64,000 nucleotides of DNA, taken from contig RSEE01000038.1 of NCBI GenBank assembly GCA_003971905.1, positions 124,001 to 188,000 on the forward strand, given 5' to 3'. This document shows, piece by piece, positions 1 to 12,847 of this stretch (its first letter is position 1; the number at the start of each line of letters is the position of its first letter). Both the position numbers and the translations under genes were made by a program. Below the pieces are notes generated by a model that made no database searches, was not told where the DNA came from, and worked only from the letters and a program-made list of their open reading frames with translations. The stretch is from Moniliella sp. 'wahieum'. Its lineage: Eukaryota.

Positions 1-1528
1 ATCAGATGAAGCAGGTCCATGTTCTGTACCAGGGATGTAGGAGAAGGGGGGAAGGTTGTGCTCCTTCAGCAGCTGCGGGAGCCGATTTTTCCGAGGGATC
101 GGCACGCATCGACGCCCCAGAGAGTTCAGGTGGCAAGTCCATGTGGGACGCCTGGGACGGATATACGACTTCGGGCGTGGCAATACGACTTCCCTCGAAG
201 GAGTGCGAGCAGGCGTAGAGGTAGCGGTAGAGTTATCGCCACCACGTTTGCGCCTCTCCCTTTCCTTTTCTCGCTTCATTTCCTGCCGGGCATGGCGAGC
301 GGCACCCTCACGGAGGCAGTCAGGAATGACTCCTGCTCTTTCCTCTCCCTTGAGGCGGACGGGGAACGCCGCATACGCCGTTCCTCTGGCGTACTCGCCC
401 TTGATTCGCGGTTGAGAATGCCCCGGCGAGAATGGGAATGGGGCTGGGAACTCGTTGCAGGGGTCGCCCGCGGCCACGACCCCGATCAGGCTCGTCCTCA
501 TCTGCCCTGAGGGCAGCTAACTGCAAGTCCCGCGCACGGATTTCCGCGGGGATGTTGGCTAGTTCGCTCTCGGGCGGGGGCGCAAACCGTGGGCGTGTAG
601 GGTCCCGATTGAGACGCTCAGCATGGGACCCACGAGTGTGCTGGCCCTCTTTGGTTTGATCTACAGAGGAGCCATGGTGGGAGATGATGCGCGCAGAAAG
701 CCATCGTTCTCCGGGATCACATGACTGTCCAGTTTGACAGCCGGTTGTTCAACGCGTTTGACCATCTGTCGTGAGAGCAGGTTTGCGGCCCCACTTTTTT
801 TGGTTGCCGGCGGAGGACGCGGGGTGTTTACCGTCAGGTGGGCCGCTGTGCCACTTGATTCTGGGACGGAGAATGCGGATAGCCGTCTGGTCTGAAGGAG
901 AAGGGTGCGTCTCGTTACCCAGGTGCGGAAGGGCTGGAAGAACTCTTTCTAAGTATGTCGCCCGGCGCAGGATGTGATGAGTCGAGATTAGACGATGACT
1001 GGTCACTGGGTTCATGCTCGTTTTCGCCCTTGCGTGCTGGGTTGGCGCGATTGTGATGCTTGTGCCGCCGAGGAAGCGCTGGACTCGAGCTACCTGAGCC
1101 TGCTGCTGCTTGTACACCTCGCTGGATGCGGCGAGCGCGACGGCGAATCTTGGGGTCGTGGCGTACAAGGTGCTCAAAACGCTTGCGGAAAAAATAGCGG
1201 CGGACAAAGATCATGATACAGCCTACAGTGGAGATGTTACCACACCACATGAGAACATAAAGAATGCTCTGCTGGAAGCCACTAGCCTGGGACACGTTGA
1301 TGGTGGTCAGGCCGGTCACTGTCATGGCCGATACGCATTGGAAGAGGCAGTCGATGTAGGGAATGAAGACCTGGCCGTTGGCAGCATAGAAATGCCGCTG
1401 GCGACGAGGGGCGCAAAGACAACACAATTACGTGGATGCGAAAGAAATTCAGATAGCGAATAGCGCCGTACAGCATGCGCAGCTTCAAACGACGCAACAA
1501 GCTGAGGCGGTGCTGGGTTGTCCGTCAT
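1..1528 (-). CDS. TRK1: TRK-family potassium transporter, N-terminal part (runs off the window start; frameshifted)
   Basis: Joined frames read ...YLNFFRIHVIV..APLVASG..YAANGQVFIPYIDCLFQCVSAMTVTGLTTINVSQASGFQQSILYVLMWCGNISTVGCIMIFVRRYFFRKRF. This is the first M-P-M unit of fungal Trk (TVTGL filter motif), followed by a long hydrophilic loop. ATG at 1528. Confidence 0.9.
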
Positions 1529-1969
1529 GGTCGGGGGCTAGGGGGGCTCGTCCTCGGTCTTGTGCTGGTATTCGGGCGGCTCGGGGGGAGAGCCGGGGAG
1601 GCGGCAGGCCCGCCATCAAGAAAGGGAGGGGAGACATGAGCCTGGGGGGGCAGAAGCGGCGGGGGGGGGGGGGGGATGAGGGCGGGGCGCTGCGCTGCGA
1701 GGGCTCGGCTGGGCGTGGATGGGCACTGGGGAGCAGAGTCGCTAGTCACTGCACGCCCATCGTGGGCGCGGCGCAGACGGAGGGGAGGAGTGGAGGGAGG
1801 TGGAGTGGCGGTTCGTGACGGGTGACAGTGACACGAAGAGCGACGGCAGCAGCTGCGTTGCTCACTAGCTATCACTACTCGTTTTGATTGCTAATTCAAC
1901 ATTGCAGTGCGAGTGGCTCGCTGCCATGCCGGGGTGCGCCGGCGCCTCCAGCTCCATGGCGCTCGGCAA

Positions 1970-2540
1970 GGCTGAGCGCCTGAGCGCTGATCCTCTGAGA
2001 TCTGGGCATGCGCTGAGTACTGCGTGACCGCCACCGCGTCACGTGTCAGGAACTATGGCATCGTGCATCGGCATCGCCCCGATCAGCGGTGACATTGACA
2101 TGTGACGCGTGACACAGGTGATGCACGGGGCAGCTGTGGGCAGGATGCGCCCGCTGAGCTGGGCTGAGGCACTGGGGCACTGGGGCTGAAAACGCCCGAA
2201 CAGCCGAGCGCGAAAGCGGCGTGCGTCCTCCGATTCGATTTGCCCCAGCAGTGCTGCACTGCATGCATCCGCTTACCTAACCCAGCGCTCAGCCTCAGCA
2301 ACCCATTTCAACGCGATTGCTTCATCGTGTGGGTCACATGGTCACATGCACATGTCACGTGTCACTGCGGGTCACTAGTCACTTGGTCACTCTGACCTGA
2401 CCCAGTCACCTGTTGCGCCGCGACCACCTACCGCAATGACTTGACCCCTGTACTGACTGAACGAACTAGGGAGCTGATCGATCACGAGCACGGAGGGTGA
2501 ACGAACCGCCTGTTAGGGCTTGAGCGATTATCGATTACCT
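1970..2540. repeat. Field of A-NNNN-T palindrome / 7-bp-register micro-arrays in the TRK-tubulin divergent intergenic region
   Basis: ctgagcgcctgagcgctga (about 1972-1990); ACATGT-G-ACGCGT (2098-2110); gtcacatgcacatgtcacgtgtcac..gtcactagtcac (2341-2382); cgattatcgatta (about 2525-2537). Confidence 0.7.
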
Positions 2541-3664
2541 CGGGCGCTCCATCCCGGACGCCATATGCTCAACGAGCTGTGACTGTTGTGAGTGGAGGAG
2601 AGTAAGAGAGGCCGAGACGGGGTGGGAGGAAAAATGCTATAATAGACGTACGGACTATACCGACCGATGGAACCGGAGCACTCGGAAGATCAGGAATGGA
2701 TGTGTTGAACCACATTTTGCTTTGGTCTTGGCGACGCTCGGATTGGCAGCTTCAAGAGCCACCCCTCTCACCAACAAAATCTGCAGTTTGACGATGAGAG
2801 GATGAAACAAACGCTATATACCCCACCCACCCCCCCACCCATCACAGCATACCATTCTCGGACTTCTTTGAATGATAGTACGGGACAGCCAAACAGTGAA
2901 ATACGATACAATTGCCAAGATACTTGATGAGGATTTGGAATGTAGATTGCTGGTAAAAGCATCAAGAGAGAGAGCGGGTAGTACTCTAGACGTGGAGAAG
3001 TGAGATCATTTCGAGGACGGACGAGGCCAATGAGGCATATATTCACGGCGGTTAATGTTTTGGTCTTCCACAGCATATGGGAAATCCGTACCCTTCATTC
3101 TCTCTGGGTCCCCCTCCCTCCTTGAGCACAGCATAGCCTGTAGCATGAAAACACACATCTCGCCAATCCCATTTCCTTCCACGATAGCCCCCACCTTTTC
3201 TTTGTTGGAAAGAGCTTCTCATGATAGAGAGGGGACTGTGCATGTCGACATTACGCATTTTTCATCCAAGTACCGACCAACAACCATGAATACGTGAGGA
3301 CATGAGGCGTGAAAACTGCCAAGGTGTCAACTGTGTAGTGATCAGAGACATCAAGCTGTGGGCGGTGACGCGCCGACGCACCTTTTGAGCTTGAAGCTTG
3401 ACATTGGCCTGACCTGCTAGTGACAGGTGTAACACCTTGACATGTGACATGCGGCGTCCGACCGGCGGCACAGCGGCAGTGTTTCCCGCTTTGACAGATA
3501 CTTTGCCCCGCCAAGTGGCGCAGTGCCAGGCCTACCGCCGCGCCACATACACGCCCTCGTGCTAGCCAATTTGTGTGCACTCACGTACTGTGCCCCTGTG
3601 CTCTGTGGCCACCGCTGTTGGCCACAGCCCCATATGCGCGAGCGAGCATAGTGCGTATTTGGTC

Positions 3665-3670
3665 TATAAA
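3665..3670 (+). promoter_or_regulatory. TATA box upstream of alpha-tubulin
   Basis: TATAAA about 120 bp upstream of the ATG at 3790, followed by a pyrimidine-rich leader. Confidence 0.5.
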
Positions 3671-3789
3671 GCCGAATCGGGAACCACGCCTGACTTCCTC
3701 CATCTTTACAGCTTCTTTCTTTCCCACCACCTCACAGACCCCATCCACTTTTATACCGGACGACCACTTCACTCTTCAGTTGACCCACC

Positions 3790-5130
3790 ATGCGCGAAGT
3801 CCTCTCTCTCCATGTCGGCCAAGCTGGCATCCAGATTGGCAATGCCTGTTGGGAGCTTTATCTCCAGGAACATGGCCTTTCTCCGGATGGGCACCTTCTC
3901 GAGGGCTCCACGTCTTCCAACCACGATGGATTCAGCACCTTCTTTCCGAGACCGGGTCAGGCAAATATGTGCCCCGCTCGATCTACGTTGATCTCGAGCC
4001 GAATGTGGTGGACGAGGTCCGCACCGGCACGTACCGCTCCCTTTTCCACCCCGAGACTCTTGTCACAGGGAAAGAGGATGCAGCCAACAACTATGCCCGT
4101 GGCCACTACACGGTGGGAAAAGAAAGATTGACGACACACTAGAGCGTGTTCGCAAGCTAGCTGATGCCGCAGGAGGCCTGCAAGGGTTCTTTGTGTTCCA
4201 CTCCTTTGGCGGCGGCACAGGTTCAGGATTTGGATCGCTCTTGCTCGAGCATCTGGCGCATGATTATGGCAAAAGGCCAAGCTCGAGTTTTCAGTCTACC
4301 CAGCGCCGATGATGTCTTCATCGGTTTGGAGCCGTACAATTCGGTCCTCACCACCCACACAACGCTGGAAAACTCAGACTGCTCCTTCATGGTGGACAAC
4401 GAAGCACTGTACGACATCTGCAAGTCCAAACTAGGGATTACGTCGCCTTCGTACTCCAATCTGAACCGCTTGATCGCTCAGGTTGTCTCTGTCACCGCCT
4501 CGCTCCGCTTTGAGGGCTCTTTGAATGTGGATCTCACCGAATTTCAGACCAACCTCGTGCCCTTCCCGCGCATCCATTTCCCACTTGCCGCTCTCCTCTC
4601 ACCCATCATCTCGGCCGACAAAGTGTCGCATGAGCAGAACAGTGTTGCAGAGATGACGTCTTCCGCATTCGAGCGCGGTAACCAGATGGTCAAGTGTGAT
4701 CCACGCGAGGGCAAGTTTATGGCTTCCTGCCTTTTGTACCGGGGCGATGTAGTGCCAAAGGATGTCAACACGGCCACTGCCGCGATCAAGACCAAGCGCA
4801 CCATCCAGTTCGTCGACTGGTGCCCGACTGGTTCAAGGTCGGCATTTGCAATCAAGCGCCGGCACAGGTGCCGGGGGACCTGGCTCACCTCAGTCGCTCG
4901 CTCTGTATGTTGTCCAACACGACTGCGATCGCATCGGCTTGGACGCGCCTTGACCGCAAGTTCGACTTACTGTATTCGAAGCGGCTTTTGTGCACTGGTA
5001 CGTCGGGGAGGGGATGGAGGAAGGCGAGTTCTCCGAGGCCCGCGAGGACTTGGCTGCCCTCGAGAAGGATTACGAGGAGGTTGCTGCCGATACGGAGGTG
5101 CAGGAAGACGAGCTGGAGGAGGAATATTGA
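3790..5130 (+). CDS. TUB1: Alpha-tubulin (apparently intronless; several sequencing-type frameshifts)
   Basis: [106 protein letters not shown]; acidic tail ending ...ELEEEY* (TGA 5128-5130). Confidence 0.97.
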
Positions 5131-5904
5131 AAGCATGGCTGGCTAGTTGGAAGTGCCTGTGGGCACCTTTTGAGTATTGTACCAGTTCTTCGTTCTTTCT
5201 CCTTTTACCTTTTTTTCTTTGACGATCTCGAGGGTGGTAGTAGTGTTTCGTTTCGCATGTCTTCTTACATCCATTTTATCGTTGCACGAGAAGGATGAAC
5301 TTGTGGGACGGCATGCTACCTCCCTTATAACGTTTTCCCACATTTACGCCCCTGTGTAAGACGAATCCAGAGCGACTGCTGTGGCGGGCTATCTAGATAG
5401 GCGCCGTGGAGTGTGCGATTCAGTGGGAGCTAATAACTGAATGATTAAACGCGGAAGGATGAATAATTGTGGGCGATTATGATGGACTTATGTTGGTCTC
5501 TGCAATACACACATTTTATGCGAAGCTTGAAGCATGACATGTATGATGCACGACAGAGAGTGCAGGAGCCTATGTAGTTCTCGCGCTACTGGTGCAAAAC
5601 ACCTGTATGCGGTTGCACCAGGCTGCAGTCCCGACCGGAGTGTGGCGGTGAAAACCGATGAGAATAAGAAAAGAAAGAGAGGAACCCGGCGGCCTATAAT
5701 AGTAGGGCGAGGACTCTGCGGTGGAACAGGGTGGCGCCCAGGGTGGCCACATGACTCCGCCCGACTCCTCCCGACTCCGCCCGCACAGAACAGGGAAGCT
5801 GTAGATTGACACGTTGGGGCTGGGAGGCAGGCACAGCAAGGACAACGCACATCGCCCGTGCCGGTTAAACGTCGGTTAGGCTTCCACTGTCGATAATCTC
5901 GATG

Positions 5905-5929
5905 ATCGATTATCGATTATCGATTATCG
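5905..5929. repeat. (ATCGAT-T)x3 palindromic heptamer array
   Basis: ATCGAT at 5905-5910, 5912-5917 and 5919-5924, each separated by one T; further tcgat copies flank it (5889-5946). Confidence 0.9.
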
Positions 5930-6775
5930 CTTCGCTTATCGATGATCAATTTAATATCAAGTCAGGGTCCACACTGTGCTGGCGCCATGGCGCCCGACAG
6001 AGAAAGCCGGCGCGAGCACCTGACGTGGGACCTGCAGGGTGCGGACTTGTGCCTGCAGATGTGCCAGGGTGCACCGTGCGCGACGCTTGGGCCGCAGCGT
6101 GGGCCCAGTGTGCATGCTGGCCAGGCGGGGTAGCCGGCAGCAGCCAGCCAGTGTGTGACAGGTGAAGTGGTGGCGCGTGACATGCATGACAGCGGTGGGA
6201 AGCAAAGCATCCCACAGGCGGGAGGGCGCGGGCGGCGCGGGGTCTGCGGGGAGGCGCAGGGGGCGCTCTGCACTCGTCTAATCTCCCGCTAGTCTGGGGA
6301 ACACAGTGGTGCGGTGGGGGGACTACGGCGCAGGGGCGAGACCACCGACAGCGTTAGGCTGCCCTTGGGCCGGGTAGGCCGACAGGCGCCGCATGTCGCT
6401 GGCCGATAGCCCGTTGCGGCTATATACGCACACCCCCCTCTCCTGTCCTCGAGTCGCCCAACGCCCCCCAGCACAGTACCTGCGCCCCCCTGCCCCCACC
6501 CCATCGCGTTGCCGCTGCGGAGTTTGCGTAACACTATCCCCATGCCTGCCCCCATGGCTGTCGCGCCATCCGCCCGCCTACGCTGCACCCATGTGGGGGC
6601 TACATGGGCCGGTGCGGGCATGTGGGCTGGCAGACCCTCCCCATCCAGCATCCGCTGCCGGCCGAGCAACCAAACGGGAGTGCGCGTTGAGGCCGCCACT
6701 CTTTTAACTCCCCCACACCGCCTCTTCCCTGCGCGACCGCCACCTTCCTCCCTCTCTCTCACCCCTTCCCTCGCC

Positions 6776-9050
6776 ATGGCACATCTGCTACGCAGCTTTG
6801 TCGATGGCTTCAAGCCTATGGAGACTTCCAGCAGCCAGCCTGGAGCAATGTTGACCACGAGATCTCCCCGAGGAGCGACGTCGAGAAGACGTCGGTGCAC
6901 AAGTACGAACTCGAGGGGAAGCTGGCCAAGCCTACGACTTTCCCAGCTCGGGCGACCCAGAGCATAGCGGCGACGCGCCGCATCTGCAACGCCACCTCAA
7001 CCAGCGCCACATGCAGATGATTGCCTTTGGTGGAAGGTCAGTTCGCCCCCCCCCCCCCCTTCCCTCCTGTTTTTGATGAGCGTGCAGCTGACCCTTTCGA
7101 CACTTGCATTGGCACAGCATCGGCACAGGCCTGTTTATTGGCTCGGGCGGATATACCAGACGGGTGGGCCCGGGTTCTTGATGCTTGACTACCTTCTGAT
7201 TGCGAGTATGCTTCTCTGTGTCGTGCTCGATTTGGAAAATGGGAACTCTTTTCCCCATCTCGGGCTCCTTCGCTGCCTACTCGACCCGCTTCGTTCGCCT
7301 GCATGGGGATTCGCGATGGGGTGGAACTATTGGATGCAGTGGTTTTATTGTCCTCCCACTTGAACTCACCGCCGCCTCGATCGTCATCCGCTTTGGGATC
7401 CAAAGGACACATTAGCCCAGGCGTGTGGCTCGTCATCTTTATTGTGATCATCGCTTCATCAACTTTTTTGGTGTGCGTGGCTACGGGGAGTTTGAGAGCT
7501 TTGCTTCCATCATCAAAATCATGTACGTCTCCTTTTGTCCTCTCGTCAACCTTTCTCCTCCTTGTGCAAATGTGTACTGTCGTAATAAACTGACTTTCGT
7601 TTTTTTCTTTCTTTCTCAGCACCGTTCTCGGCTTCATCAGTATGGCTTCCCCTCGTTGCGTTAACACGTTTATTGCGGGACACTATAACCTAACATTTTT
7701 TTAGTTTGCGGCAGTGTCATTTCGGCTGGTGGTGCTCCCTCTCACCAGAACATTGGCAATAAATACTGGAACCCTCCTTCGGATGCGTTCAAGAACGGCT
7801 TCCGCGGCTTCTGCTCTGTATTTACATCGGCTGCCTTTGCCTTTGCCGGTATGTATGCACATGCTCATTGATGTCAAGAAACGCGAGAGAGAAAATAACA
7901 GTAACGGCTCACAGGTACTGAGCTGATCGGTCTCGCTGCCGCCGAATCGCACAACCCTCGCAAGGATATGCCCAAGGCAGCGAAGCAAGTCTTTTTCCGT
8001 ATTATGCTTTTTTATGTCGTTTCGCTTCTGGTCATCACTCTCATTGTCAATCCCGATGACCCGCGGCTGACAGGCACTTCCTCGTATGATGCGCGCGCCA
8101 GCCTTTCGTCATTGCCATTCAAATTGGTAAAATCCACGCTTTGCCGTCCATTTTCAATGCAGTGATTCTCATCTCGGTTCTGTCCGTGGGCAACTCAGCC
8201 GTGTACGGTGCCTCACGGACACTCACTGCCCTGGCGCAGATGGGCCAGGCTCCATCTCTGTTCAAGTACATCGATCGCAAGGGCCGCCTTTGCCGGCAGT
8301 GATCCTCAGTTGGCCATGGGCTTCCTCTCTTTCCTCATTTACTCCTCGTCCGAGTCAGACGTGTTCAACTGGCTACGGCACTCAGTGGGGCTGTCAACAA
8401 TCTTTTCTTGTACGTTCGAACCTCTGTGCGACAAGTAGGCCTGAGCCCAGCTAACTCTCCCAACTCCTCTCTCTCTGCCATTGTCGAAGGGGCTCTGTCA
8501 CCTTCTGTCACTTCCGCTTCCGCCAAGCCTGGTCCTATCACGGACATACACTTGAGGAGATTCCGTGGAAGGCTCCCACAGGCATGATTGGCTCGATTTG
8601 GGGCACTTCGTTCTGTTTGCTGGTGGTACGTCACTTTCACCTCGCAGAACAGTCTCGTCAGTACATGCACTCACCCCACGTATCGTTTGCACACAGGTAC
8701 TCTTTGAGATCATATTGGTTCTTGGCCGATCCATTCATCAGACAATGCTACTGCCTCGGGCCGCGCCGTCACTTTCTTCCAGGACTGCCTGGCCATCCCC
8801 GTTGTCGGTCTCTTCTTCTTCGTTGGCCTTGGACTGGAACAGTGTCTTCTGTACACGCTGGAATGTGACGTGCGTGGGACCGCCGGTATGGGCATGGCCA
8901 ACCAAGGTCTGGCCGACAACAAGTTCCGTCGGATTGAAGACATTGACATTGTCACCGGCCGACGCCTGGTGCCTCTCGATTCTCCGGCAAGAACGCGAGG
9001 AGGCACGCCAACAGCCGTTGATGAAACGGATTTGGAGTTTCTTCTTCTAA
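6776..9050 (+). CDS. Amino-acid permease, APC/YAT family (Gap1-like), 6 introns
   Basis: [81 protein letters not shown]. Introns 7037-7117, 7523-7619, 7640-7704, about 7848-7914, about 8410-8488 and about 8625-8696, with GT donors, AG acceptors and CTRAC-like branch sites in most. Ends ...KRIWSFFF*. Confidence 0.92.
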
Positions 9051-9486
9051 CCCTCCTCTCAGATCTACGAGGAGCGTGCCCTTCTTGGAGGCAGGCCTTG
9101 TCCCTCCATTTTTTATGTTGATTATGCACAGTGGTATAAACAAGCCCATTTTGTGTGAATTCATCCCCTCTCTTGATCTCACACTTTCCTGCTCGTCCCC
9201 CTTGGAGATTCCAGGGGCCGGGTAAAGGAGGTGCAGGCGATCGGAACCCTGGGCTGGAAGTCCCTCGAAATTCTTGTGACGGCAAGTATTCCCGCTTTGG
9301 CAAGATACTCCTACGCTAGGGACCTGATGCGAATCCTTCATTTTCCCCACGCCCCTCCCGTCTATAGTTAAGCAGCTAGCAACTTGTATAGACTGACCCC
9401 AGGCCAGAGGCACCACGTCGATGCCCACAGACAATTGGCATGGTCAATATGGTCAATATGCGTAGTCAAAACATAGATTTGGTGTT

Positions 9487-10595
9487 CTACTCGAGCTTGG
9501 GGAGCTTGGCCTGCTTGCGCTGCTTCAGCAGCGCCTTGCGTTGCTCCTCGCGGGCCATCAAAAGCGACTCGCCGGGGAGCGCACCACCCAATTGTGCCAA
9601 AAGGCGTCGCGCACCCTAGCTTCGCGCCGGTCCACGAGGGAAGAGAGGGTACGCGACTTGCCCACCTTGGGTCGCTGGTCGGGGGGGTGACAGAGTCACG
9701 GAAGTGGGCACGTTGGAGGTATGTCTGACATCCTTGTCCAGCGCATCGGCGGGCGCAGCGCCTTGCAAAATGGCCCCCATCACTTCTTGGCTCACCTCGT
9801 CGTTGCTCCCACGCCTGGCCCCGATCCGCCTTGTGAACACGGTCCGTCCGACGTTGCTCCAGGCGCATCAGTTGGCCCGACTGTGAACTTGGGCGGGCCA
9901 TGGCCTGCACGTAGGCTGGAGCAGCGGGGTTGCGAGTCGAAGTAACGACAGCGCCCTTGAAGTCCACACCTCCACTGGGGGTCTGGACAGCCAGAGCGTC
10001 CATGATCCGCCGCTCCAGGTCGGCCTGTAGCGCCACCTGGTGCTTCTCGTCGGCCGAAGTGAACTCCTGACCCTGAACCGCGTCGGAAGAGTCGACGACG
10101 TGAGCAGGAAGCTTGGTGGGGTGGAAGTTGGCCGTCATGTGGTGTAGAGCTCAATGGCCTTTTGACGGCGCGGTGCGGTGGTAGGTGTGCAGCGTGTGGC
10201 TCTGTGCGGATACGTTTGCGATTGATGGCCAGGAGACGAGCCCTCCTCTGCCGTCCGCTCGCCAGCGACTTGCACCTCGGCCGGGCTGCCCCTGCCTCCT
10301 GGGCCGCCACAGCCGCCCCTTTATGCAGCTGCGGTAGCCGTGGTGGCGTACGCAGCGTGTTCGGAGCTTGGCTTGGCTCCTGGGCCAAGTTCTGCGCAGG
10401 GGATGCGGCAGTGGCCTCGGCCGCCTGCGCTGCGTTCGCCGCAGCCTCAGGAGCGGCCTGCGCGGCAGCCTCCCGGGCGGCCTCCTTGCCCACCTCAGTG
10501 GGGGACTGGTTCCAGGCGGCCGCAGACGATGAGAAGGCTCTTGGCGCGCCGACGCGCACTGCGAAGGAGCGCAGGCTCGACAATGCTAGCGACAT
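9487..10595 (-). CDS. Nuclear-encoded mitochondrial protein of uncertain function (possibly mitoribosomal, mS26-like)
   Basis: Typical presequence MSLALSSLRSFAVRVGAPRAFSSSAAAW, then an Ala-rich segment and ...ELYHMTANFHPT.... The C-terminal frame reads AQLGGALPGESLLMAREEQRKALLKQRKQAKLPKLE*. The mS26 resemblance is a weak recollection only. Confidence 0.6.
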
Positions 10596-11360
10596 AGCCG
10601 AGGAGTTCGCGGTACTGGTAGCTCTGATCAGCCCGGCAATGTCGGATTCTGGGCAGGAGGGGCGGCAAGAAGAACACCTGGCGGAATGAAGGTGGCACCG
10701 GATGGATGGCGGAATACACGTATGAAACAATGAAACATCCGGCGCAGTCGGATGTGGTGCGCATGGCACTGATTTATTTGCGTGCGCCGGCCCCCCACGC
10801 CATTGGACGGTTTTATGAGGAACTGGGGGGGAGGCTCACACTGCTCTCGTATGCGGCTACCAATCTCCTCCATGCGACGAACAGGATACATCATCTCTTG
10901 CTCTGTGTGCCAACTTACTGCTTTCCCGAAGGAGGTGGTATCGGGGCCGGGGGAGGCATGAGAGACCTTTTCGGCCCAGCTGGATGGAGGTTTTCATTGC
11001 TTTTTTGTCTTCCCCCATGCAGTACTTTTCTTTTGGCATCACCCAATCCAAACATTTCGGGCCAATTGTTGGGGATTGGTACTGTCTCGGTTGTTGAACT
11101 TCCACAACCCTTCTTATACGAGGAGAACGAGTATGGATGATCGCTTTCCTACACCGGAACTGTCAAAGCTGTGGTGATCGGAATGCCCACGCATTTTGTT
11201 CTCCATACGCCTTCGATAGCGGTCTTTCTCTGTTTGATAAGACGGGTCCAGAGGAAAATCAATCAAACAAATCATGCACATGGCCTCTTGCAGTTACTGA
11301 GGATATGTTGCTCCCGGGGGTGTATCAGAGAGCCTCATAAATTCGTTGAGAGAGAGAGGT

Positions 11361-12054
11361 CTACACAACAGCATTCTTGCGTCTCCGTGGGAGATGGAGG
11401 AGGCTCGACCCGCTGCCCACCAATCGACTTAAGACGTTGGCCCACACTGTGGGATCAGGAGAAAAAAGGGCAGGTGCGGAGAGATGGGGCCCACCTTGAC
11501 GTCCTCCCAGTAATCCATGGGCGAACAGTCGCATTGGCATGCTTGGGTCCCTAGCCCACACTCCCTCGAATCTGCCTCGCCGATATTTTCGATTTTTCTC
11601 GTCTATCTCCCCATATGGGGACAGAGGAATCGCAGTCCACTGGTTGTATCGTGGTTCAGCCCTGGTCCCGGTGCGCGGCACTCACCTTCGGCGCCGAGCT
11701 TGACCACTGCAAGCTTAGGTCATGCAAGCAGATCCTCCACCCAGCCCAAGAGGTTGTATACATAATCTGAAGCATGGTTAAGGACCTGCTCGGCACTACC
11801 TTGTCCGCGACTTGAAACCCTTCGACACTATATCCATGATGATGGCACGCTTGATACGCAAGCACATCAGGCGACACAAAAAAGTTCAATTGGGTGCGAT
11901 TGTACGCGTGCAGTAAGGGCAATTGTCGCTCTCTGGGATGGAGATGACATCTCCCAAGGGCAACTGAACCGTTCACACTTTGACAGATGGCGAGAAAAGA
12001 GAAGGTTGTGGCCATGGCATTTCCTCGCTCTCTGCTATTAGCCCGACCCAACAC
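11361..12054 (-). CDS. Putative multi-exon orphan gene with very short introns (true extent may be about 10.9-12.4 kb)
   Basis: Candidate introns 11767-11799 (33 nt), 11640-11685 (46 nt, GTGAGT..CAG) and 11447-11494 (48 nt). Removing 11640-11685 joins ORF 11656-12054 in frame to ORF 11361-11681. No recognisable domain. Confidence 0.35.
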
Positions 12055-12547
12055 TTTCCTTCAAATAAGTAGCTTTATTCCCTTGGTCCAGTCTGGATTG
12101 TGGCCAAGCATCTGCGGGAGAAGGAATGGCCGAGTTGGTCCAGGGCCTTGTTGAATTCTACCACCGCATCTCTGAAATCAAAAAGCAGGGTTGGATCCTT
12201 ACCTCCTCAGCGCCTCAGCCCCGTCCTATGTGTGCTGATGGATGGAAGCCAATATAGCCCAGCACGCAAAGAGAACGATTCGGCATCAGTGTCCGAAGCA
12301 ATGCACATGAACTGAATGTGGCTTGCGATCTCGTGCTCCTCTCGAAGCTAACTAATTTGCTTGTTTACGCATCCTCTTCTTCGCTGCCTCCTTCCTTTAC
12401 ATGTAGCCGTCACTACGGTACTTCACCGTCTGCAACATGAACCCAGTTGAACAAAACTTGCCGGATTGCAATCCACATTGCTCGGAAGGTTGCAAATTGA
12501 AAAGAGCCGCAGGAAGCACAGGGCCCCTGAGGCAAAACCCCATATTA

Positions 12548-12590
12548 TAGGGTTACTGCAAAGATTGCCGCAGCACCAACACCAACCCTA
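12548..12590. promoter_or_regulatory. Telobox/Homol-E/Tbf1-like elements upstream of the ribosomal protein gene
   Basis: TAGGGTT (12548-12554) and AACCCTA (12584-12590) in opposite orientations, just upstream of the RPS1 leader exon. Confidence 0.35.
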
Positions 12591-12678
12591 GCGCTCCCTG
12601 CGCCAACGCCCTTCTAGCAACATCAGCCGCTCAGGTCGTCTCTGTTACCGCCGACACATTAGGACCGCCACCCTTAAG

Positions 12679-12825
12679 GTAAGCAGCATGCACCCGAAGT
12701 GGTCATCTCGTCCGGGCGGGCGCACGAATATTTAGTCCTCCTTGCCCCGCAGCCTCATGGCATACACCCTCCCGCTGATGGCCCCATCCAACGAGACGGA
12801 CTAGTGCTAACCTCCCCTCGCGCAG
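12679..12825 (+). other. 5'-UTR intron of RPS1
   Basis: AAG|GTAAGC donor at 12679, GCTAAC branch at 12806-12811 and CAG acceptor ending at 12825, about 22 nt before the ATG at 12848. Confidence 0.75.
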
Positions 12826-12847
12826 TGTTCCCGGACAGTCTTTCAAG

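Noticed and set aside
3868..3945. Absence of the Lys40 acetylation site in alpha-tubulin
   Set aside because: Common in fungal alpha-tubulins; not unusual.
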